Assembly: GCA_000165345.1 (NCBI GenBank)
Contig: CM000434.1
Span: forward strand, 672,001-736,000
Reading direction: 5' to 3'
Length of the DNA stretch: 64,000 bases
Position numbers and translations under genes: made by a program. Shown piece after piece: positions 41,776 through 52,580 of the stretch; positions within the stretch are counted from its first letter, which is position 1, and each line of letters starts with the position of its first letter. The notes under the pieces were generated by a model. The model worked only from the letters and a program-made list of their open reading frames with translations, searched no databases and had not been told where the DNA came from.

Positions 41776-44700
41776 TTATTCCTCTATAAATTCTGAGAAT
41801 AACAACTCTTGATATTGTTGAAAATGATATTCAGAATTAAAGAAGTTCTCAATTAATGATGAATGATCCATTATTGTTTCAAAATGAATTGTGACTTCTC
41901 TTTCAAGCTCTAGAACCCAATCTTGAAAGAGTGGACATACTAATTTTCGAATCGAAATAAACTCCAAATCTTGGTTATTTTTAAATGTTGTAATTAGATT
42001 GTACCAAACAATTAATACCATTAAAATCTTCCATTTAATACATTTAGAGCATACTTGAAAATAAAGATATGAAATTTGATATAAGGAAATTTTAGTATTT
42101 ATTATTCCATTTTCAAATTGTTTTTTATCAAGTTTATTAACTTTTTTTTTGGAAAAGAAGGCACCAGAGTTAGAAGAAATACTTTTTGTTGAGTTAACTT
42201 TAATTTTATTGGAAAAAACAATATCAAATATCCCAAAAAGTAGATTTGTAATAATTGCAGGAAATGCAGAAATTATTTCATTGTTTCTTCGTTTATACAT
42301 ATAATTTAATATAATTTGTAGTCCAATAAAAAATAGTTTAGAATCTTGATTGAGAGAATTTTCATATATTAATAGAGAAATTTGATTTGAGAGCCCTTTA
42401 TAAATTTGAATTTGTTTGTCTTTGATTATTTTATTATCTAGAATAGGAAAATCTAGATGGTAAAAATGATCAAAATTATCCTGATACTTGACTTGAGTGA
42501 GTTTATGATCTGAATATGTTCCTAAATCGAAATAAATTCGATGAAAAATGAGTTGTTTTTTAGATAAGTCTGAAATTGATTCCAATAGATCAATTGCAAT
42601 AATTCTTGCATGATTTTGAAAGGTAACATTATGGATGAGCATGTTGGGAAAAGAAATAGAAAAGTCTGCAACTTTCAACTTCAATTTGTTTCCAAAAGCA
42701 ATAATGTGATCAATTGACTGAGAATAGGTGGTAATATCGGTATTAATAGAATCATAATTTCTTTTAGTTTTTGAAATATCCAAACAGCTTATAACTCTTG
42801 TAGAAACAAGCTCCAAAGCTTTGTCAGTATCAAAGTTTTTCTCAACAAGAAAAAAAAAGAACTTTTTGTGATCAGATGGAGATCTGTAAATAAGACCTGA
42901 TTCAACTCCCTTGAAAGAATAACTTCCTGAGACAATAAAAGGATCTTTATGAAATTTGTGAGTATTAGTAGAATTACTGTGAACTGAAATAAGTTGAAAA
43001 ATAGTATTTGGTATAAAATTTTGATTTTCACCACGGTTAAAAACCTGAAAAAAGCTATCTTTTCCATTGTTTGGAAATATTTTGAATCTGAAATTTTCTT
43101 CAAAGTTTGAATCATTATCATTAATAGAGTAAGTTTTGGATCCACATAAATTAGCATCTGAATCAAATAGAAAAAGCTGCGAGCTGATTCTTGTGGGACA
43201 TTTATTTGAGTGTGAGTCTGGAATCCAATTCTCAATGTTAACAACAATCCAAGAGTTTTCTTTTAGATAAATCATATTTTCAACTTTATGACGAGTACTC
43301 TTCAAAGGCAAAACTTTGTCGCAACTTTGAAGTTTATTTGATTCCACATTAACTAGCTTAATATATTGATTTTCATGGCCTTGAAGAGATAAAAAGTAAA
43401 GATGATCATAATCTTGGTAATTTTCAGTAAATTGGGTAATAATAGAATAAATTGGAAATTTTAATCTTTTAATATGGAGAATTTTGAGAAATTTTTCGTT
43501 TGTCTCAAGCAATTCTGTATATAAATAATCAGTCATTGATCCTAAAATAATACGATTTTTCCATATTTGATTATTATTAAAAATGTGTCTTCTTTGAGTT
43601 CCAATAACTTTCAAATTAAAAACTTCCTGAGAAGAAATATGAGATTTTAAATTAATAATAATTTTTTTGTATTTGGTTTGATTTGTTTGAAACTTTTCTT
43701 GAAATAAATCTTGTGTAAATTGAATTAAACTAAAAATACATAAGAATCCAAAACTTGTTGTAATATATATATTATCATGAAAATTATTGTCAAATTCAAT
43801 AGAAGTGATCATTCCAACCTCAGAATCAAGAAAATGGTTCAGGTTGAAGTTAGATTTAATATTCTTCAAAGGATTTTGTATTGATGATAAATTTGCAAAT
43901 ATTTGGCTATGAGGATCTCCAATTAGAGTTAATATTACATGAGAAGAATTATTTAATATTAATTTTTTGGATTCAAATGATGAAATAATAGGGATATAAG
44001 TTAATTCATCTTTAATATCAAAATGAAAAAGTTGAAAAGACTCGATTTTTAACTGAATTAATTTATGTCCTTGAGTAATAATCATTAAGTGATTATCATC
44101 AGCCATTTTAGCATACATAATTAAATCAGGATATTCCCATAAATCTTTTATATTCGGTTGAAAATGATCAATATGATTTTGATTTTCAAAAGCTTTAACT
44201 TGTTCAGAAATTCCCTGGTATAATAAAATACGAGATTCTGTAACCTGTAGCATTAAATTATGACATACTTTAACACATAAAATAGTTGAATGACCACTTA
44301 TTAAAAAACCATTAATTTGAATTTTTTTTAAATAATATTTATTTTCAGGAATGGATTCTTGCTTTATAAGTAAATCAATTTGGCTTTCAAGGAACTTTGA
44401 ATAAACAACCAAATACCTGTTTTTTTCGATGGGTATAATAAAAATTTCAAGTACTCCTTTTTTTAAAGAATCAAATTGGGCTATTGTGGAAATCTTTAAT
44501 GAATTTAAAAATATATATCTTAAAACAAAATCATATTGAAAATAATATCCACCTTTAATTTGATCAAAGCAACATTGATATCTTCTGGCTGCTAATATAA
44601 ATTTATTATCAAAACAATTTGGAGCCATAATAGCCTTTTCCATTTTCAAAATTTCAAGAATTTTTGGGGCAAAAATAAATTTTTGTTTAAAGTTTGGAAA

Positions 44701-46296
44701 AGTTATCATTTTAATTACACCAAAAGTTGAGCTTACTATAATACTTTTTACAATGAGACATTCTTCATTATAATACAAGTATGGAGAAACACTTGAAATA
44801 TCTGATAATTCAAAACTTGGAGAATTGATTTGTAGCTTTATTATATCAAATTCTTTCATCTTATTATCTTGAAACTGAAGATTTAATATAAACATTTCCA
44901 TACATTTTGAAGAAATGAAAAACTTAATTCTTTGTTCATTAACATTTTCTTCAATGATTACGACATCTCTTAAATCAATATAAATTTTATCTTGATAATA
45001 TTCATTTAAATTTACGGTCAAAATTTCCTCATTAAATTCTTCAGCATCTAATTCACATAAAATTAATTTTAATTCATTCTTTTCATAATTAAATATTAAC
45101 AATAATTTTCTAAATCTACATATACACCCAGAATTAATAAAGCCAGACTTATATCCACATGCACTTGCACATGCAAGCACCGGTATTGATTTGTCATTTA
45201 TAGACCTCCCCACACTTACGTGTATTGATTTCATGTGGATTACCGGTATATGTGTGCAAAAAATGCGCATTTGATATAGTTGGGGAGAAAATGACGTGGA
45301 TGAAGAGTTTATTAATGGAATCAGATTGGTTTCAGATATTGGTTTTTGATAATTATCTCTGGGATTAATTTGATTTTTAAGTAAGTTATTCCAGTCAAAA
45401 AAGAAAGTTTTTCCATATAGAATTTGGTTTTTTAAATCACTAAAGAGGCAAAATACAATTGGTTGGATTTTTGTGTAGTTTTTGCATGTTTTAGAAAATG
45501 AAATACATTCAAGTTTGTATTTAAGCGAGTCAAAATGGAAGAGATTTTCAGTCTGAATTTTCAACTCCAATTGTTCAATAATACCATTTTTGTTTACTAT
45601 TAGATTTGGAACAATAAGAAAAGAATAAGAAGAAATACAGACAATAATATATCCAGTATCATTGTCTATTGCAATACAATATTCTGGTATTAGCTTTTCA
45701 AAGATTATAGGGAAGGAGTTGGCAAATTTTATACTGTATTCATAAGGTCTAATAAAGTTAATTTTTGGAATTGTCTTATTCTTGGAGAGTGAAATCGAAA
45801 ACTCATTTTTTATTAAAAGCTGGTTGCTGAATATATTTGGTTCATTTTCTTTAATATTATGGTCCTTAATTATTGTATTAATACTTGTTGGAAATGCAAT
45901 AAAGGAATTTGGAATCTTATATGAGATATAAGGACAATCATGCTTGGAATGAGGAATAGAAACGCTTTTCAAAGAAAATAAATGAAGATTTTGAGAACAA
46001 TCCAATACTAAAATTAAATCAAATTGACTTTCTTGAATTGAGTATCTCCAAAAATCAACACAAGTATCTTCAAGTTTAACTGTTATTGATGCTAATTCTT
46101 CATTATTTGATGGAATGAATTCACTGAATACCGTTAATTCATTATATTTTAGTGTGGAAATATCAAGAAATTGTCTATTTTTGTTTAATGGGAAGAATTT
46201 TCCTGTAATTGTTTTTAATACTGAGGAGTCATTATAAAGAACATTTCCCAATATAGAACAGTTTGGATTCATGCTCCGATTTAAAGCTTTATACAA
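41776..46296 (-). CDS. Very large hypothetical protein, 1506 aa, Asn/Ile/Phe/Lys-rich with likely beta-rich regions; function unknown.
   Basis: Uninterrupted ORF. I cannot place it in a family by eye. The coding region around 45120-45300 carries a cluster of promoter-like boxes (see findings). Confidence 0.65.
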   Translation of the reverse strand: MYKALNRSMNPNCSILGNVLYNDSSVLKTITGKFFPLNKNRQFLDISTLKYNELTVFSEFIPSNNEELASITVKLEDTCVDFWRYSIQESQFDLILVLDCSQNLHLFSLKSVSIPHSKHDCPYISYKIPNSFIAFPTSINTIIKDHNIKENEPNIFSNQLLIKNEFSISLSKNKTIPKINFIRPYEYSIKFANSFPIIFEKLIPEYCIAIDNDTGYIIVCISSYSFLIVPNLIVNKNGIIEQLELKIQTENLFHFDSLKYKLECISFSKTCKNYTKIQPIVFCLFSDLKNQILYGKTFFFDWNNLLKNQINPRDNYQKPISETNLIPLINSSSTSFSPQLYQMRIFCTHIPVIHMKSIHVSVGRSINDKSIPVLACASACGYKSGFINSGCICRFRKLLLIFNYEKNELKLILCELDAEEFNEEILTVNLNEYYQDKIYIDLRDVVIIEENVNEQRIKFFISSKCMEMFILNLQFQDNKMKEFDIIKLQINSPSFELSDISSVSPYLYYNEECLIVKSIIVSSTFGVIKMITFPNFKQKFIFAPKILEILKMEKAIMAPNCFDNKFILAARRYQCCFDQIKGGYYFQYDFVLRYIFLNSLKISTIAQFDSLKKGVLEIFIIPIEKNRYLVVYSKFLESQIDLLIKQESIPENKYYLKKIQINGFLISGHSTILCVKVCHNLMLQVTESRILLYQGISEQVKAFENQNHIDHFQPNIKDLWEYPDLIMYAKMADDNHLMIITQGHKLIQLKIESFQLFHFDIKDELTYIPIISSFESKKLILNNSSHVILTLIGDPHSQIFANLSSIQNPLKNIKSNFNLNHFLDSEVGMITSIEFDNNFHDNIYITTSFGFLCIFSLIQFTQDLFQEKFQTNQTKYKKIIINLKSHISSQEVFNLKVIGTQRRHIFNNNQIWKNRIILGSMTDYLYTELLETNEKFLKILHIKRLKFPIYSIITQFTENYQDYDHLYFLSLQGHENQYIKLVNVESNKLQSCDKVLPLKSTRHKVENMIYLKENSWIVVNIENWIPDSHSNKCPTRISSQLFLFDSDANLCGSKTYSINDNDSNFEENFRFKIFPNNGKDSFFQVFNRGENQNFIPNTIFQLISVHSNSTNTHKFHKDPFIVSGSYSFKGVESGLIYRSPSDHKKFFFFLVEKNFDTDKALELVSTRVISCLDISKTKRNYDSINTDITTYSQSIDHIIAFGNKLKLKVADFSISFPNMLIHNVTFQNHARIIAIDLLESISDLSKKQLIFHRIYFDLGTYSDHKLTQVKYQDNFDHFYHLDFPILDNKIIKDKQIQIYKGLSNQISLLIYENSLNQDSKLFFIGLQIILNYMYKRRNNEIISAFPAIITNLLFGIFDIVFSNKIKVNSTKSISSNSGAFFSKKKVNKLDKKQFENGIINTKISLYQISYLYFQVCSKCIKWKILMVLIVWYNLITTFKNNQDLEFISIRKLVCPLFQDWVLELEREVTIHFETIMDHSSLIENFFNSEYHFQQYQELLFSEFIEE

Positions 46297-46654
46297 TAAT
46301 CAAGTAACATCCAAATTATGAGGTTAATCTCATAAAGATGTATTTCTTTTTTTTGTGTGAATTTTAATTCCTCACAAAAAAAAAATGGTATATTTCTTGA
46401 ATAATACTTGTCGTTATAATATACATACATAAATTTAATATTCAGTTTGAGCGCCAACAGTCGAATTTAATAATCCTTGTTAATGTCAAAATTACAATAA
46501 AGAATTTCAAGTGAGAAGCGGAAATAGTTTCCAGAAAACGATCAGATTTGGAGTTTAATACTATTAGAATAGTTTTAATATCAAGGTTGCTTTAGAGTTT
46601 TTATTCATTAATTTTGAAAGCTTCTTGTTTGGTTAAGGTATAAGCTGATAACAA

Positions 46655-46891
46655 ATGGGTAAGGGTGGAAATGCTTGTAAGAGAAATCAATGTAGAGAAA
46701 GAAAGGTTGCTAATGGTGCTAAGGAGGGTAAGTCTCAGCTTAAAGTAAATGCTGAGGCAATGAGTTTGAAGTGTCAGATCTGCTTACAACCTTTTATGAA
46801 AGTTCAGACTGGGCCGTTACTTAAACAACATTGGGAAGCCAAACATCCAAAGAAGACTTTTCAAGAATGTTTTCCAGGGATAGAACTTTGA
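46655..46891 (+). CDS. Small protein of 78 aa with a basic N-terminus and a single C2H2 zinc finger (ZNF706/4F5-like architecture).
   Basis: CQICLQPF...LKQHWEAKHP fits C-x2-C-x12-H-x5-H. The size and layout match human ZNF706 (CTVCRTQMPDPKTFKQHFESKHPK). Confidence 0.5.
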   Translation: MGKGGNACKRNQCRERKVANGAKEGKSQLKVNAEAMSLKCQICLQPFMKVQTGPLLKQHWEAKHPKKTFQECFPGIEL

Positions 46892-47164
46892 AAGAATTTA
46901 ATTATAAAAATTTATATATAAAAAGAGAAATAAGTCAGAAATAATGGGATAAATATATTGTTATTATTTTTAAAGAGAGAAATAGAAAGAAATTATTCAA
47001 AAAGCTTTATAAATTACCAGAAAGGTTTGAATTAGCAGTTTATTTCTCTTTTTGAGTTAAGTTTAATAAAAATGAATAGTAAAATCTATTTGATTTTTAT
47101 TATTACAAATTATTTTTACCATATTTTTTTTTCAATTCAATCTTAATCCAATCAAAAACATAAT

Positions 47165-48298
47165 CTAAGGAAAGTTAAAACTAATCATTTGAGCAATTTG
47201 TGAATTTGATGGATGAAGTAATTTGAAGATATCTTCATTTTCAGTGGGACTTATTATGTTATTATCAAGCCCTATTTGGTTAAGAGTAAATATTAGTGTT
47301 GCGGTAATTTGCATTTTTCTGAGGTAAGATACTATAACTGATGCAATTGATACAGTTTCATTTGTAACTCTTGTCCCAACAATCATTATTGGGAATATAT
47401 CCTTTGGATCTGGATTACTTTCTTCAAGTTCTTTGAACGATTTAATTGTTTCTTCAATTGGTAAATTAGAATAAATCAAATATTCATCCTCTATGGGAAT
47501 TTTGGATTCTGAATTATTTACATGAATAATTCTTACTTCATTATTACTTGCTGATTTTATTTTATTTGGAGTAAAATCCATAATAGTTTTTATTCCCAAA
47601 CTTTTAAGAATCTGAGGATGAACACTTTGAAAAACATTTCCAAGATAAATTTTATAAGTTTCACCCCAGCTGATAACAAGTGGATATTCTATTGAAGCAA
47701 TAATCTTTGATTTTAGATTCTGGGGGATGTTTTTTATTGATTTAATACTTGAAATACATTCGGCATCTATACTACAACATATATATGGAAATTCAAGACT
47801 AAATGAAGAATATCCATTTTTTAATAAGTAAATGGATTTAATTGATTGTATACATTTTTTCAAGTATTCCAATACTTCTCTTTGTGAGATTTCTAAATCA
47901 CTGGTATTTGTAAGTCTTCCTTCAAAGTCATAAATTATTACATGTTTTCTCTTTATTCCAATAATTTCAGAGCTTTGATTTCTATTGGATTCTGGAAATA
48001 TTCTTTTAACCCTATCTAAACTATTACATTCAATTGAGCCATTTATTTTAGTCCTTGATTTTATTATTTGATTTTTTGTTCTAATATCACAAATTACTAC
48101 TGGCTCATTATCAATAATGGAAGCTGAATTCTTTTCAATTTCTTTTAAATTCTTGCAAAGTAAGAGTTGACAAATATTAAATAACTTCTTGTTAGAGATT
48201 GGCTTACATTCCAGCTCCTTGCCTTTCTTAATAAGGCTAGCAACGTCTCTTGATTCATTCAAAAGTCGATTATATTCTATTGCTCTATGGTTCTCCAT
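47165..48298 (-). CDS. MAP-kinase-phosphatase-like pseudophosphatase: an N-terminal rhodanese/CH2 domain plus a dual-specificity phosphatase fold that lacks the catalytic Cys and Arg (MK-STYX-like).
   Basis: Rhodanese-like VVICDIRTKNQ...HVIIYDFEG. DUSP-like GIKTIMDFTPN (compare MKP GIKYILNVTPN) and IPIEDEYLIYSNLPIEE. The P-loop position reads IMIVGTRVTNETVS instead of VHCxxGxxRS, so no Cys is present. Confidence 0.6.
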   Translation of the reverse strand: MENHRAIEYNRLLNESRDVASLIKKGKELECKPISNKKLFNICQLLLCKNLKEIEKNSASIIDNEPVVICDIRTKNQIIKSRTKINGSIECNSLDRVKRIFPESNRNQSSEIIGIKRKHVIIYDFEGRLTNTSDLEISQREVLEYLKKCIQSIKSIYLLKNGYSSFSLEFPYICCSIDAECISSIKSIKNIPQNLKSKIIASIEYPLVISWGETYKIYLGNVFQSVHPQILKSLGIKTIMDFTPNKIKSASNNEVRIIHVNNSESKIPIEDEYLIYSNLPIEETIKSFKELEESNPDPKDIFPIMIVGTRVTNETVSIASVIVSYLRKMQITATLIFTLNQIGLDNNIISPTENEDIFKLLHPSNSQIAQMISFNFP

Positions 48299-49055
48299 CT
48301 TCTTTTTTTTATTTATATATAATAATTCTTTAAGAGTAAAATAAAAGGCTAGAATTGACTTCTCAGATGAATGAATGAGTAAATAAATAAATGTATAAAT
48401 ATAAATATATATATCACGTAATTACCTGCTTTATTTCTCCTTTTATTTTCTATAATATATATTCCACAATTTCTTGTTTTTTTTTTATTTAGGAATTAAT
48501 GATTGTAAATTCTTCCATATAATAACTTGTTATATTAATAGTATAATTAATAATAATCACTTTATTTTCCAGCTAAACTTCCAACTTTTGATTTAATCTT
48601 ATTTTCATTAAAAAAAAATTAAAATCTCTAATATATTTTATTTCTCGTTCAATATCTTGACAGGAAATTTTTACTTAATATAATATTAATATTGCGAGAC
48701 GAGACACGTACACATATAAAAAAATGCATGCAAATTTGGTTAACAATAATTATGTTTATATATTTTTTAAAAACTTTAATTGGGGGGTGGAGGGGTGTTA
48801 CAGAAAAGGCGGGAAATATTCTTTAAGTCAAAAAAAATTGTATACCGGCATTTGCATGCAAAAAAAAAAAAAAAATGACATATTAATAGGTATTCATACG
48901 AAAAGGTAAATAAATTATATGATTTAACTTCCTACTTATATGTGAAATTTCTCACATCTATTATTTAATTAAATGAATAATTATATCCAATACATAAACT
49001 CAAATGATTCAAATATGAATTCAATATACACCTGAATTAATAATTAAAACATAAT

Positions 49056-50915
49056 TTAAGCTAACAATGGGGTAGAAAGATCTGATGAAGTCTGGACTGA
49101 TACAACCATTCCTTTGTTTATCTTTGAATTTGGAGAGAGAGAAAAAGAGTCACCTCCTTCTTGTTGAGAAAGAGCTGCGGAAATTAAAGTAGAAGAACCA
49201 GTTGAATCTAAATTATTAGTTGTCTTTGAATTACTTTCATGATTACCTGAAATTAAAAAACCATTCAAACTTTCTCCTCCTTCATTTTCATTAAATGTTC
49301 CATTCATAAACATGTTTCTTTGAGATGAATTTCCGATACAAGTATTATTATTATTTGCACTTAAAGAGGTATCTTGGTTTTGAAATAGAGGAAAATTGTG
49401 GATAAGAGAACCCGTCATGAAGTTGGGATGTCCTGTAATAATGTTCCCGCCAACTCCAGTGATAGTTAATCCAGCTAAATGGTTTAAATACCCAAGATGA
49501 TTGAAAAAATTGAATTGGTTTTGAAAGGCAATTTGGTGAAAAGTTTGACTCAAAAAATTGTTCAAATCTGGCCCAAAAATTCCGTTACAATTTGGAGAGA
49601 GTAAATCTGGGAAAGAAGAGGGAGGGCTACTAGTTGAATTAAAATGGGTTGTTGGCACGTGATTTTGTATTCCAGGTGGTAATTGATTTGGGAAGATAGA
49701 CCCCATGAGAGTAAAGTGGGTTCCCATTCCTACTCCTCCTAGACCTGTTCCTGCTATTCCTCCAATTCCTCCTGTTCCTCCAATTCCACCTGTTCCTCCA
49801 ATTCCACCTGTTCCTCCAATTCCTCCTGTTCCTCCAATTCCTCCGGTTCCTCCCATTCCTCCTGTTCCTCCCATTCCTCCTATTCCACCCATCCCTGCTA
49901 ATCCCATTGTTCCTGCTGCTCCTGTTCCACTTAAAAATGGGTTCTGCTCATTTATACTAGAAATTACACGATTAATCATTGTGTTGAATCCATCGATATC
50001 AGAAGAAAATTGCTTTTTCAGACGACTATTATTGTTAATTCCATTTTCACTTTCATTGTTAAAATCAGTAGATGAAGTAATATTTGGAATAGGTGGTATT
50101 TGAATATTGCTAAGAAAATTATTACTTGAGCTTTTCTTTATGTGATTACTATTTGTACTAGAAATACTGACTTCTGGCTCATTCTTTGTTGTAGATTCTT
50201 CAGTAATTGAGATTCCATTTTCGATTCCTTCTCCTGCTCCCACTCCTCCTACTCCTGCTCCTCCTACTTCTCCATTATTACCACTACTATTCCCACCAGA
50301 ATTTGTGATAATTGATAATGGTGATAGTATTCTGGATTCATTTGGTGAGTTATGATTACTATTATTTAAGATTCCAAAGTTAGGCTGTGATTCGATTTGA
50401 AATTGTTCTCTAAGATTATTGAGATCTGAATATTTCTCAGTTTTAGTTAATTTAATTGGTTGTTGAGGAGATGTACAAGATATATTACTCATAGTAGGAG
50501 ATTGTGTTTGAGCTAAAGTGTATAATGGAACAATACTTGGTTCAGATATATTTTTATTATTAGAATTGCCACTATTTTTTGGTTTATTCTTCTTTTGTAA
50601 AGCTTTTCTACTTTCATGAAGTGCACTATAATATTCGATTAATTCTTTTTTGGCTGGATCTAAAATTGGAGGATCATGAAGATCATCCGGTACTACACCT
50701 TTTACATCGATATAGTCAAGAACCGCTCTAGAAAGTAAAGATGCTGCTTCTTTACCATATTTAGCTTCACTAAAAGAACATTGTCTTCTACTAGGTTTTG
50801 TTGATTCATGAGTCCAAAAAACTACTCTCCATTCTTTTTTTCCACCTGGTTTATATACTCTTTCTCCCCTTGCTCTTGTTGGAGTTCTATTCTTATTAAT
50901 TAAGGAAGTTGTCAT
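49056..50915 (-). CDS. AP2-domain (ApiAP2) DNA-binding protein of 619 aa with low-complexity Asn/Ser/Gly regions and a (GGTGGI)n hexapeptide array.
   Basis: The N-terminal RGERVYKPGGKKEWRVVFWTHESTKPSRRQCSFSEAKYGKEAASLLSRAVLDYI matches the AP2 domain pattern (RGV..kgg.W.a.i..ngk....sF....yG.eeA..a...A). Confidence 0.8.
   Translation of the reverse strand: MTTSLINKNRTPTRARGERVYKPGGKKEWRVVFWTHESTKPSRRQCSFSEAKYGKEAASLLSRAVLDYIDVKGVVPDDLHDPPILDPAKKELIEYYSALHESRKALQKKNKPKNSGNSNNKNISEPSIVPLYTLAQTQSPTMSNISCTSPQQPIKLTKTEKYSDLNNLREQFQIESQPNFGILNNSNHNSPNESRILSPLSIITNSGGNSSGNNGEVGGAGVGGVGAGEGIENGISITEESTTKNEPEVSISSTNSNHIKKSSSNNFLSNIQIPPIPNITSSTDFNNESENGINNNSRLKKQFSSDIDGFNTMINRVISSINEQNPFLSGTGAAGTMGLAGMGGIGGMGGTGGMGGTGGIGGTGGIGGTGGIGGTGGIGGTGGIGGIAGTGLGGVGMGTHFTLMGSIFPNQLPPGIQNHVPTTHFNSTSSPPSSFPDLLSPNCNGIFGPDLNNFLSQTFHQIAFQNQFNFFNHLGYLNHLAGLTITGVGGNIITGHPNFMTGSLIHNFPLFQNQDTSLSANNNNTCIGNSSQRNMFMNGTFNENEGGESLNGFLISGNHESNSKTTNNLDSTGSSTLISAALSQQEGGDSFSLSPNSKINKGMVVSVQTSSDLSTPLLA
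49740..49905. repeat. In-frame 18-nt minisatellite (CCTGTTCCTCCAATTCCA-like, about 8-9 copies) encoding (GGTGGI/M)n in the AP2 protein.
   Basis: Read directly. Copies vary at one or two positions (cct/cca/ccg/ccc). Confidence 0.85.
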
Positions 50916-52452
50916 ATTTATTAAATAATGAAAATAATTAATTATAATACCAAAAATAGGTATTGGAATGGAGTTACAATATCCTAAAACAAGAGATATT
51001 GAATAGATTTTCTTTTATTATGATTATGATTATTATATGAATTCCTCTAGTTTCAAGCTTATTAATTCAAATAAAATAGATATATATGTTTTTGTAATAT
51101 TTTAGATTCTATTTATTTACTTAAGCCTACTTTAAAAGCAAAAAGCCCGAAAGGCCTAAAGCTTTAAGCAGGAAACTTGAAAACAAAAATCCCGTAACTC
51201 CAAAGCCTGAAATTTAAAAGCAGGAAACTATTTGTTTTTTTTTGGTATTGATAATATATAAATACTGCTTTTCTTTTATTCTGAATATATTAAAAAATCT
51301 CTATAACTAGAACAATTGTCTTATTTTAAATATATTCGATTTTTAGAAATAATATATTAAAATAGTTTTACCTCTTTATATTTCTCTATTATTTCTTCTT
51401 TCTCTCCTTATCTTTATCTCTATATCTCTATATAATTTCACTAACAATTTTCCGATTTATAAGTATTAATGTTAAAAAAACAATGAAATAATAATATTAG
51501 TGTTATGAATGAAATATATATTAAAGTTATATTACTTTTTAATGTTTATTATATAAATCCAATTGTCAAAGTTAGACTATAAATATTATACATATATTTT
51601 CCTTTTTTTTTTTTTTTTTTTAATTTTCTGATTAAAATGGATTAACTTTATATTATTGGATAAGACTTATTTAATAGTAATTCAATAATATTGGTATTAG
51701 AGGAGTGTAATTTTTGATAGAATTTTACTTCTATCAAATACTCACTCTTTATAGATTTCTCAAGTCAAATCCTTATTTAATAAAAATAAGAATAATAATA
51801 ACTTGACCAATATCTGAATTAACCAATTTTATCCCTTTATTTTCCTTTTCTTAACTTTATTTATATAAGTTCTCCATAAACGTAGATTTTTTTTTTCTAC
51901 CTATAATTTTTGCTGACCTATTTTCCAACCATATACCCCACGTAAATCAATATATAATATATTATATCTTGCCTCTTTTCTCTTTATCTATCCCTATCTA
52001 ACATTTAATGTTACACCGTGACTAAGCGTCTGTCATACCGCAACTCAGTCTAATGCATTAATTATTAGATAAATTCACTATTTAATATTATTTTAATTAC
52101 CGGGGTGTGCTAAATAATACGTATACTCCCGTTTGGCGCCAAGTCTTTTATCAAATAGGGTGTACCTATGGGGAAAATTTGGGATGAAAAAAGATTAATA
52201 AATTAGAAAAGATTTAGTAAGAATTAGTTTTTGATATAAGTAATGATTAGATTTGTTCTATAAAAAAAGAGTAAACAATGTTTTTTTTTGTTTTAATGGT
52301 GAATTTTCTTTCAAAGCATTCAATGATTTTTCTATTGAATTTTTTTTTGTTTTTTTTTTCTTCTTGTTCACCCACAAATTTTATGTTTCATTATATATTT
52401 ATTTGAAAAGAATAAATTAGAATTGCATGCGTCTTCCCGCCAAAGCATGCAA

Positions 52453-52580
52453 TATATATATATATATATATAATATATATAAACGAAAAGGGGGGAGAGG
52501 GGGGAAGAAGAGAAGAGAGGGGGAGGAAGAGAAGAGAGGGGGAAGGAATGAGAAATAGGGAGAGATGAGATAGTTAAAAA
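52453..52580. repeat. (AT)n microsatellite at 52453-52480, followed by a purine-only GA/G-rich tract with an internal duplication of about 21 nt (GGGGGAGGAAGAGAAGAGA).
   Basis: Read directly inside the 2.65-kb gene-free spacer. A separate G10 run lies at 53274-53283. Confidence 0.8.

Noticed and set aside
49740-49905. Regularly spaced 18-nt direct repeats as a possible CRISPR array
   Set aside because: The repeats are contiguous with no spacers, lie in-frame within a eukaryotic CDS, and the whole window is eukaryotic (introns, PABP, AP2). It is a coding minisatellite.
49705-50103. Plus-strand ORF of 132 aa (PIPPVPPIPPVPP...) overlapping the AP2 gene
   Set aside because: It is the antisense reading of the 18-nt minisatellite. 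The repeat keeps the frame open artificially. The AP2 domain on the minus strand explains the locus.
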